This document shows positions 27,480 to 34,782 of a stretch of DNA of 54,101 nucleotides, piece after piece. The position numbers were made by a program, and so were the translations under genes. Position 1 is the first letter of the stretch. Every line of letters starts with the position of its first letter. The DNA is from Candidatus Aminicenantales bacterium. GTDB lineage: Bacteria; Acidobacteriota; Aminicenantia; Aminicenantales; Saccharicenantaceae. The notes beneath the pieces were generated by a model. That model saw only the letters and a list, made by a program, of their open reading frames with translations, had not been told where the DNA came from and did not search any database. Where the stretch lies: the NCBI GenBank assembly GCA_049696855.1, contig JBAVUQ010000162.1, positions 1-54,101 on the forward strand, given 5' to 3'.

Positions 27480-28799
27480 ATGGCCAAAATACTGCTCTTG
27501 GATTTCACCCAGACGGACAAAGACCGGCTGGTCTCCGAAAAGTACGACGTGGAGCTGCGGCAGACCGGCTGGATGACAGGCCTGGACAATCCCCTCGACC
27601 TGCCCTACGACAGCGAGATCGTTTTCTACCAGATCGGAGGCGAGACCGCGGCCGTCCGGCCCGATCTCCACGCCGGCGTCCACGAGACGCTCATGGAACG
27701 GGCCCGCGCGGGGACCCGGGTCGTCTGCTTCATCGGTGACGGCGAGGTGTCCCGGCTGACCAACATCGTCGGCCCCGTGGATGGGCTCCAGGCCCTGGAA
27801 AGCGCCCGGCCGGACGCGGTCGTCTTCAATCCGAGGGCCATCTTTCATGTCCCCTTCGAGCGCTTCAAACCCGACATCGCCAAGGCCTTCCGTCTCCTGC
27901 CCGAAACATTCGGGGACGGCGTCTGGGAAAAAGAATCCTCGGTCAACGGCAAGTTCGAGTTCCTGGCCAAGACGACCGACGGCGCGCCCGTGGCCATGCT
28001 CATCCGGAAGGGCCGGGGCTCACTCCTGCTCCTGCCTTCGTTCGGGCCGAAGAACGTCGACATCGTCGATCACATCCTCAAGGACAAGCTGCCGCTTGCG
28101 CCCGAGATCGTCGCCGAGGCCCCCGTGGGCTGGCTCGAAGCCGACGATTATGCCTTCCCCGAGCTCAAGGCCCTGATGGCCAAGCGGGACGACGAAAAGC
28201 GGAAGTTCGCGGAGATCCTGGACGACTACGACAGGCAGATCAAGGACCTGAAGACGGGCGGCCAGGAGGAATTCCACCGCCTGCTCAACGGCGAAGGCGC
28301 GGCCCTCAAGAAGGCCGTCGTCAACACGTTCCGCTACCTCGGCTGGGGCAGGGTCGTGGACGTCGACCAGTACTGGAAGAACACGATCCGGAACAAGGAA
28401 GAGGACGCCTGGGTCATCGACCCCGCCGACATGCCTGTCGAAGCCGGCCTGCGCAAGGGCGAGCTGGTCATCCTCCTGGCCCGCGGCGGCAAGAACTGGG
28501 CGACCGACGACGAGTGCGCCCTCCTTCAGAAATACAAAGGCCGCCGGATGCAGGAGTTCGACAATACGCGCATGAAGGCCGTCCTCGTCGGCAACTATTT
28601 CTCCTCGGCCGAGGCCAAGTCCCGGCCGAACCCCTTCTCGGCCGCCCAGATCGAAGAGGCCCAGAAAGACGGCAACGGGCTCCTCACGTCGTATGAGCTC
28701 TTCCGGGCCATCAAGGCCGAGAAGGAGAACCGCATCTCCAAGGACGCGATCCGGGACCAGATCAAGCTCAAGACCGGCCTGATCACCTTCGACATCTGA
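27480..28799 (+). CDS. Orphan hypothetical protein (439 aa) with central coiled coil and possible degenerate PD-(D/E)xK-like C-terminal region
   Basis: ATG follows AAGGAG. The N-terminal KILLLDF-type alpha/beta start is followed by a charged helix (KRDDEKRKFAEILDDYDRQIKDLK). The C-terminal pattern is FRYLGWGRVVDVD..EEDAWVID..GELVILLARGGKNW. Confidence 0.7.
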   Translation: MAKILLLDFTQTDKDRLVSEKYDVELRQTGWMTGLDNPLDLPYDSEIVFYQIGGETAAVRPDLHAGVHETLMERARAGTRVVCFIGDGEVSRLTNIVGPVDGLQALESARPDAVVFNPRAIFHVPFERFKPDIAKAFRLLPETFGDGVWEKESSVNGKFEFLAKTTDGAPVAMLIRKGRGSLLLLPSFGPKNVDIVDHILKDKLPLAPEIVAEAPVGWLEADDYAFPELKALMAKRDDEKRKFAEILDDYDRQIKDLKTGGQEEFHRLLNGEGAALKKAVVNTFRYLGWGRVVDVDQYWKNTIRNKEEDAWVIDPADMPVEAGLRKGELVILLARGGKNWATDDECALLQKYKGRRMQEFDNTRMKAVLVGNYFSSAEAKSRPNPFSAAQIEEAQKDGNGLLTSYELFRAIKAEKENRISKDAIRDQIKLKTGLITFDI

Positions 28800-28805
28800 T
28801 AAGAC

Positions 28806-28901
28806 GGGGTCAAACCTATACTTTTCTAGTTTTTCCCGGACCGATGTTTTCCACTCGGCAAAATCGACGTCGAAAAACTAGAAAAGTATAGGTTTGACCC
28901 C
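28806..28901. repeat. Hairpin repeat copy A: perfect 29-bp inverted repeat around a 38-nt loop
   Basis: GGGGTCAAACCTATACTTTTCTAGTTTTT (28806-28834) is the exact reverse complement of 28873-28901. It begins 6 nt after the stop at 28799. Confidence 0.9.
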
Positions 28902-28909
28902 CTCTGTTT

Positions 28910-28918
28910 TGATAGAAT
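28910..28918 (+). promoter_or_regulatory. Candidate extended -10 promoter (TGaTAGAAT) giving a possibly leaderless transporter mRNA
   Basis: TG at 28910-28911 and TAGAAT at 28913-28918. The ATG at 28926 is only 7 nt downstream and has no Shine-Dalgarno sequence. Confidence 0.35.
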
Positions 28919-28925
28919 CCCGGCC

Positions 28926-30863
28926 ATGAACCTGACCTGGATCGATTGGGGCATCGTCGCCGCCGTCTTCGCCTTCATCATCGGCGTCGTCATCCTCAGC
29001 AAGCCGCTCATGCGCAGCGTGTCCGACTTTCTGGCCGCCGGCCGGACCGGCGGACGGTACCTCATCAGCCTGTCCCAGGGCACGGCCTCGCTCGGGGCCA
29101 TCACCATCGTCGGCATGCTCGAGATGAATTTCATCGCCGGCTTCGCCATGCGCTGGTGGGAGATGGTCATGGCCGTCGTCGTCGTCGGCATCAGCGTCTC
29201 GGGCTGGGTCCTGTACCGGTTCCGCCAGACGCGGGCCCTGACCATGGCCCAGTTCTTCGAGATCCGCTACAGCCGGACCTTCCGCGTCTTCGCCGGGGCC
29301 CTGGCCTTCCTCTCCGGGATTATCAACTTCGGCATCTTCCCGGCCGTGAGCGCCCGCTTCTTCATCTACTTCTGCGGTCTGCCGAAGACGGTCGATCTCC
29401 TCGGCCTCCAGGTCTCGACCTTCGCCCTGATCATGATCGTCATTCTCTGGATCCCGCTCTACTTCGTCTTCAGCGGCGGCCAGATCGCGGTCATGATCAC
29501 CGACTTCCTCCAGGGCATCTTCGTCAACGCCGTCTTCATCGTCATCGTCATCGTCTTGATGCTCAAGGTCGACTGGTCCCAGATCGCCCAGGCCCTGGCC
29601 CTGGCCCCGGCCGACGCCTCGCTCGTCAACCCGTTCCACACGGGCAGCACCAAGGATTACAACTTCTGGTACTTTTTCATCGGCATGATCGGGGTCATCT
29701 ACGGCAAGCTGTCGTGGCAGGGGACCCAGGCCTACAACGCCTCGGCCAAGAGCGCCCACGAGGCCAAGATGGGAGACGTCCTGGCCAACTGGCGGGGCAT
29801 CCCGCAGTGGGGCCTGTTCCTCGTCTTCGTGCCCATCGTCGCCTACACGTTCTGGCACGGGCAGGGGTTCGCGTCCGCGGCCGCATCGGTCCGGCCCGTC
29901 CTCGACGGCCTGGGGTCGGAGGCCCTGCGGAGCCAGCTGACCGTGCCGATCGCCCTGACCAAGCTCCTGCCGGTCGGGCTCATGGGAGCTTTCGCCGCGG
30001 TCATGCTGGCCGCCGCGATCGGCTGCAACGAGACCTATCTCCACTCCTGGGGCAGCATCTTCATCCAGGACGTGGTCATGCCCATCCGGAAGAAACCCTT
30101 CGCGCCGAAGGAGCACCTGAAGTTCCTCAAGCTCTCGATCCTGGGGGTGGCCGCCTTCAGCTTCGTCTTCAGCCTGCTCTTCCAGCAGAGCGAATACATC
30201 TTCCTCTTCTTCGCCATCACCGGGGCCATCTTCGCCGGGGGGAGCGGCGCGGTCATCATCGGCGGGCTGTACTGGAAGCGCGGCACGACGGCCGCCGCCT
30301 GGGCGGCCATGGTCGTCGGCTCGGTCGTGGCCGTCGGCGGCATCGTCGTCAAACAGCTCGTGCCCGGGTTCCCCGTCAACGGCCAGATGTTCTGGGGGCT
30401 GGCCATGGCCGGGTCGAGCGTTGTCTACGTCGTCGTCTCGCTCCTCACGGGCCGCCGCACGGCCTTCGACATGGACAAGATGCTCCACCGCGGGAAGTAC
30501 CTGATCCGCGAGGAGTGCACCGTGGTCGACGCGGCCCCGGTCAAGGGCTGGAAGGTTCTGGGCATGGGCCGGGAGTTCACCCGTTGGGACAAGGTCATCT
30601 ACGTCGCGACCTATGCCTGGACGGCGAGCTGGGTCGTCGTCTTTATCACCGGCACGGTCCTCAACCTGACCCGCGAGGTCTCGACGGCGGCCTGGCTCGG
30701 CTTCTGGAAGACCTACACCATGATCTACCTGGCCGCGTCGATCTTCGTCATCGTCTGGTTCTCGATCGGCGGCCTCATCAATTTGAAGGAGATGATCGCG
30801 ACGCTCAAGGTCATGAAGCGCGATCCCTCCGACCAGGGCTTCGTCGAGCGGGACCGGGGCTGA
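28926..30863 (+). CDS. Sodium:solute symporter (SSS) family transporter
   Basis: 645 aa with about 14 hydrophobic helices and SSS-like segments (FLAAGRTGGRYLISLSQGTASLGAITIVG). Confidence 0.85.
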   Translation: MNLTWIDWGIVAAVFAFIIGVVILSKPLMRSVSDFLAAGRTGGRYLISLSQGTASLGAITIVGMLEMNFIAGFAMRWWEMVMAVVVVGISVSGWVLYRFRQTRALTMAQFFEIRYSRTFRVFAGALAFLSGIINFGIFPAVSARFFIYFCGLPKTVDLLGLQVSTFALIMIVILWIPLYFVFSGGQIAVMITDFLQGIFVNAVFIVIVIVLMLKVDWSQIAQALALAPADASLVNPFHTGSTKDYNFWYFFIGMIGVIYGKLSWQGTQAYNASAKSAHEAKMGDVLANWRGIPQWGLFLVFVPIVAYTFWHGQGFASAAASVRPVLDGLGSEALRSQLTVPIALTKLLPVGLMGAFAAVMLAAAIGCNETYLHSWGSIFIQDVVMPIRKKPFAPKEHLKFLKLSILGVAAFSFVFSLLFQQSEYIFLFFAITGAIFAGGSGAVIIGGLYWKRGTTAAAWAAMVVGSVVAVGGIVVKQLVPGFPVNGQMFWGLAMAGSSVVYVVVSLLTGRRTAFDMDKMLHRGKYLIREECTVVDAAPVKGWKVLGMGREFTRWDKVIYVATYAWTASWVVVFITGTVLNLTREVSTAAWLGFWKTYTMIYLAASIFVIVWFSIGGLINLKEMIATLKVMKRDPSDQGFVERDRG

Positions 30864-30874
30864 GGGGAGGCACC

Positions 30875-31843
30875 ATGCGCCGATATCCCGGGAATCCGAT
30901 CCTGACCAGGGCCGAGATGCCCGATATTCCGCCCTTGCTCACGGACGTGACCTCGGTGTTCAATCCGGGCGCCGTGATGGACGGCGGCATCACCAGCTTG
31001 ATGCTCCGCGTCCAGGCCCGGTCGCGTGAGACGTTCATGGTCATGGCCGAAAGCGCCGACGGCTTCCGGTTCGTTGTCCGGCCGGAGATCGTGAACTTCG
31101 CCGGGATCGAGAGCGTCAGGGACAGGATCTACCATGTCTACGACGCCAGGATCACCCGTCTCGAAGGGGCGCACTATGTCATGTTCGCCATGGACATGGA
31201 CAGCGGCTGCCGGCTGGGACTGGCCCGGACCGAGGATCTCCGGGACTTCCGCTTCCTCGGGGTCACGTCGACGGACGACGTCCGGAACGGCGTCCTCTTT
31301 CCGGAGAAGATCGGCGGCCTGTACCTCAGGCTGGAGCGGCCCAACACGGCCAGGCTCGAGGGCGGCCCGACGACGGGAAGCGAGATCTGGCTGGCCGGGT
31401 CGGACGACCTCATCGGCTGGCGCCGGCTCGGGCCGGTCATGGGGGGGCGCTTCCACTACTGGGACGAGTACATCGGTTCGGGGCCTCCCCCGGTCAAGAC
31501 GCGCCAAGGGTGGCTTCACGTCTATCACGGCGTCGCGACGCACTTCGGCAGCGCCAATATCTACCAGGCCGGGGTCGTCCTGCTCGATCTGCGCGATCCG
31601 ACCAAGGTCCTCGGGCGGTCGCGAGGCAATATCCTCGAGCCGAGGGAATGCTACGAGCTCGCCGGCCAGGTCCCGAACGTCGTTTTTCCATCCGGGATGG
31701 TCGTCGAAGAATGCGATGCGGAGGGCTACGCCCTGGCGTCGAGTCCGGTCCGGGTCTATTACGGCGCCGCCGACACGGCCGTCGGCCTGGCCGTGACGAC
31801 GATCGGCGAGCTCCTGGACGCGGCCTCCGAGCCGCCGGTTTGA
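30875..31843 (+). CDS. GH130-family glycoside phosphorylase/hydrolase (beta-mannoside type)
   Basis: ATG at 30875 lies 11 nt after the symporter stop. GH130-like segments are VFNPGAV, RLGLARTEDLRDF, NGVLFPEKIGG, GWLHVYHGV and VYYGAADT. Confidence 0.85.
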   Translation: MRRYPGNPILTRAEMPDIPPLLTDVTSVFNPGAVMDGGITSLMLRVQARSRETFMVMAESADGFRFVVRPEIVNFAGIESVRDRIYHVYDARITRLEGAHYVMFAMDMDSGCRLGLARTEDLRDFRFLGVTSTDDVRNGVLFPEKIGGLYLRLERPNTARLEGGPTTGSEIWLAGSDDLIGWRRLGPVMGGRFHYWDEYIGSGPPPVKTRQGWLHVYHGVATHFGSANIYQAGVVLLDLRDPTKVLGRSRGNILEPRECYELAGQVPNVVFPSGMVVEECDAEGYALASSPVRVYYGAADTAVGLAVTTIGELLDAASEPPV

Positions 31844-31860
31844 CCCCTTCTTCTTTATAT
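31837..31860 (+). repeat. Partial copy of the hairpin-repeat right end plus flank
   Basis: GGTTTGACCCCTTCTTCTTTATAT matches 40117-40140 at 23 of 24 nt. It contains the GH130 stop codon (31841-31843). Confidence 0.7.
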
Positions 31861-31898
31861 GCTAAAAAGGACTGTCATTCGGCCCGCGGGAGAGAACA

Positions 31899-32555
31899 AT
31901 GAAGAGAACGGAGAGGCATCACCTCAAAGAAGACGACATGGCCCAAGGCGTCCACTGGCTGGGCGCATTCTTCCAGGACTACCGCCGCGAGATCAATATC
32001 GTCGCCGCCGCGATCGGCTTCGCGGCTATCGTCTTCGTCGGCCTCCTCACCGTCCGCTCCCACGCCCGGAGCGTCCGGAGCAAGGCCGTCGGCGAGGTCA
32101 CGGCCCTGGCCGCCGAAGTCAGCCTGAAGCCGGAGAAGCTGGCCGATCTCGAAAAGCTCGCGGCCGGGGGGAGGACCGCCCGCTTCGCCGGTCTCGAGCT
32201 GGCCCGGTACTGGGCCGAGAAGAGCGACTGGGCCAAGGCGGAATCCTACCTGGCGAAGATCCCGGCGGGGCCGAAGGATCTCCTCTTTTACCAGACCGAG
32301 GACCTCAAGGCCCAGATCGCCCTCGGTAAAAAGGATTTCGACGCGGCCATCACCATCTACAAGAGAATCGCCGAGGAGAAGCCGAAGGTCTACCCGATCG
32401 ACGCGGCCCTGTTCCACTTGGCCGAGAGCCAGGAGCTCAAGGGCGAGACCGCGGCGGCGCTCGAGCTCTACAAGAAGCTCCAGGCCGATTACCCCCAGTC
32501 CTATTTCGGCTATGAGGCGTCCCTCAAAGTCGGCAAGCTGGAGGCCCGAAAATAG
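31899..32555 (+). CDS. Membrane-anchored TPR-like protein (YfgM-like)
   Basis: An N-terminal single TM (IVAAAIGFAAIVFVGLL) is followed by TPR-like helices (ALFHLAESQELKGETAAALELYKKLQADYPQS). Confidence 0.7.
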   Translation: MKRTERHHLKEDDMAQGVHWLGAFFQDYRREINIVAAAIGFAAIVFVGLLTVRSHARSVRSKAVGEVTALAAEVSLKPEKLADLEKLAAGGRTARFAGLELARYWAEKSDWAKAESYLAKIPAGPKDLLFYQTEDLKAQIALGKKDFDAAITIYKRIAEEKPKVYPIDAALFHLAESQELKGETAAALELYKKLQADYPQSYFGYEASLKVGKLEARK

Positions 32556-32870
<315 letters not shown>

Positions 32871-32897
32871 TCCCGCGCGGCCGGACTCGCCTTGAAC

Positions 32898-32930
32898 GAG
32901 GAGTGAACCCGCTTCACTCCTCTTTTTTTT
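32898..32930 (+). terminator. Intrinsic terminator
   Basis: Perfect 10-bp stem GAGGAGTGAA/TTCACTCCTC with a 5-nt loop, followed by T8. Confidence 0.8.
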
Positions 32931-32939
32931 CACCCGACC

Positions 32940-33875
32940 ATGAGCGACATGCCGCGCGGACAGAAGACCTGGCTGAACGGGCTTCTCTTCGCCCTGACGA
33001 TCCTGACGACGTGGTTCGCCGGCCTGTTCTTCGCCCTGTCCTTCCTGTCGACCGGAGGCGCGCCGGACGCCTCGCTCCTTGATCCCCGCGTCGTCGGCCT
33101 GGGCTTCCTCTACGCCCTGGCCTTGATGACCATCCTCACCGGACACGAGCTCGGCCACTACCTGACCTGCCGCCGCTATGGGGTCCTGGCCACCTACCCG
33201 TTCTTCATCCCGGGCCCGCCGTTCCTGGGGACGTTCGGCGCCTTCATCCGCATCAAGTCCCCCGTCCGCTTCAAGCATCAGATCTTCGACGTCGGCGCGA
33301 ACGGGCCCCTGACCGGATTCGCCCTGGCCCTGCCCGCCCTCGTCATCGGCCTGGCGTTCTCGAAGGTCGGCCCCGTCCCCGTGACACCGGATACGATCTC
33401 GTTCGGCGAGCCGCTCCTCTTCAGGCTCCTGAGCGGGCTCTTCTTCGGCCGGATCCCCGAGGGTTCGTCCCTCATCCTGCACCCGGTCGGCTTCGCCGGC
33501 TGGGTCGGCCTGCTGGTCACGGCCATCAACCTGGTGCCCCTCGGGCAGCTGGACGGCGGCCACGTCGCCTACGCCCTTCTCGGCCGGCGCGCTCGGCTCC
33601 TTTCGCGGATCATGGTCGGTTTTCTCGCCGTCATGGGGCTCTTTTTCCATCTGACCTGGCTCATCCTGGCGGCCGTTCTTCTTATTTTTGAATTCCGATC
33701 GAAGATGCGCCTCCAGCATCCGCCGGTCCTCGACGAAGACGCCCCGCTCGGGGCGCGAAGGACCATCCTGAGCCTCGTGATCCTCCTCATTTTTATCCTG
33801 TCTTTCATTCCCGACCCGGTCAAAGGCGTCGGGTTGCTGGACCTGCTCAAAGGCGCGGCGGGGGCTGGCGGATGA
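32940..33875 (+). CDS. M50-family site-2 protease-like membrane metallopeptidase
   Basis: Multi-TM protein with HELGHY (HExxH) in a TM helix and a downstream LVPLGQLDGGH motif. Confidence 0.85.
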   Translation: MSDMPRGQKTWLNGLLFALTILTTWFAGLFFALSFLSTGGAPDASLLDPRVVGLGFLYALALMTILTGHELGHYLTCRRYGVLATYPFFIPGPPFLGTFGAFIRIKSPVRFKHQIFDVGANGPLTGFALALPALVIGLAFSKVGPVPVTPDTISFGEPLLFRLLSGLFFGRIPEGSSLILHPVGFAGWVGLLVTAINLVPLGQLDGGHVAYALLGRRARLLSRIMVGFLAVMGLFFHLTWLILAAVLLIFEFRSKMRLQHPPVLDEDAPLGARRTILSLVILLIFILSFIPDPVKGVGLLDLLKGAAGAGG

Positions 33876-34021
33876 CCCATTTGGCACGTTTTGTGACTCG
33901 TATTTATTCACATATTGTGTGGAAATACTGTGGAAAAGGACCGCTTCCGTCGAGGCAATGCCCGCTCCTGCATGAACATAGCTCGGATTGCACAAGAATT
34001 CGTCACGGCCGCAATTCCCGC

Positions 34022-34052
34022 CTTTTCAATGAGTTAATAAACCATTGAAAAG
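34022..34052. promoter_or_regulatory. Perfect 10-bp inverted repeat (CTTTTCAATG-N11-CATTGAAAAG), candidate operator overlapping a -35 box
   Basis: The arms at 34022-34031 and 34043-34052 are exact reverse complements. TTGAAA (34045-34050) followed 18 nt later by TAAGAT (34069-34074) lies upstream of the ATG at 34099. Confidence 0.45.
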
Positions 34053-34098
34053 ACTGATGTTGTGGCGTTAAGATAAAGGACGGCCGAAGGAGGCTTTC

Positions 34099-34782
34099 AT
34101 GGCCGACCAGTTCCGCGAAGCCGAGGCGACATTCTCGCTCCTGCGCGAAAAATTCAAGGACAAAAGGATCTCGCCGCAGGAGTTCGCCGATTCCCTGAAG
34201 CAGCTCCGCATCAAGGACGAAGAGGGGCGCTTCTGGGTGATCGGGGCGCAGAGCGGCAAGTGGTACGCCTTCGAGAACGGCGAGTGGGTCGAGGCCAAGC
34301 CTCCGTCCCAGATGGAAAAGAAAGCGATCTGCATCGCCTGCGGGTTCGAGAATGACCTCGAGGCCGAATCCTGCGCCCGCTGCGGCAGCCGAGGCGACGA
34401 ATCCGCGCCGGAAGCGCTGGCCGCCCGTGACGGGGCGGGGCCCGCGGCGGCCCTCGAAGCGACCCCGGCGCGGGCCGGTTCGGTGACCACCCTCCGCTCC
34501 GTCGACATCGCCTCCTTCCTGTGGTTCTTCGGAGTGCTCGGCCTCTTTGCCGGGATCCTTTTCGGCCTGCTCGCCGGCGCGACCGGTCTCTTCTCAGGCT
34601 TCGTCGCCCGCCTGCCGGCGTTCTTCGCCGACCACCGGGGGGACCTTTTGGGCGGACTCGCCTTCTCCGTGGCCGGCGGGATCCTGGGCTTCGCGATCGG
34701 CGCCGGGACGGGAGCGGCCGCGGCCGTCGTCTCGAACGGGATCCTGTCGCTCATCGGCGGAGTCAGGCTCCGCCGCTCCTGA
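34099..34782 (+). CDS. GYF_2-like/zinc-ribbon protein with C-terminal glycine-rich TM region
   Basis: RFWVIGAQSGKWYAFENGEWVEAKP (GYF_2-like), a zinc ribbon CIACG-x11-CARCG, and two Gly-rich hydrophobic helices at the C-terminus. Confidence 0.65.
   Translation: MADQFREAEATFSLLREKFKDKRISPQEFADSLKQLRIKDEEGRFWVIGAQSGKWYAFENGEWVEAKPPSQMEKKAICIACGFENDLEAESCARCGSRGDESAPEALAARDGAGPAAALEATPARAGSVTTLRSVDIASFLWFFGVLGLFAGILFGLLAGATGLFSGFVARLPAFFADHRGDLLGGLAFSVAGGILGFAIGAGTGAAAAVVSNGILSLIGGVRLRRS

Noticed and set aside
28878-31843. ORF 28878-30488 (-) and the 965-aa ORF 28946-31843 (+)
   Set aside because: The first is an antisense shadow of the symporter. The second is real only from the ATG at 30875 (GH130); its upstream part is the symporter gene read out of frame.
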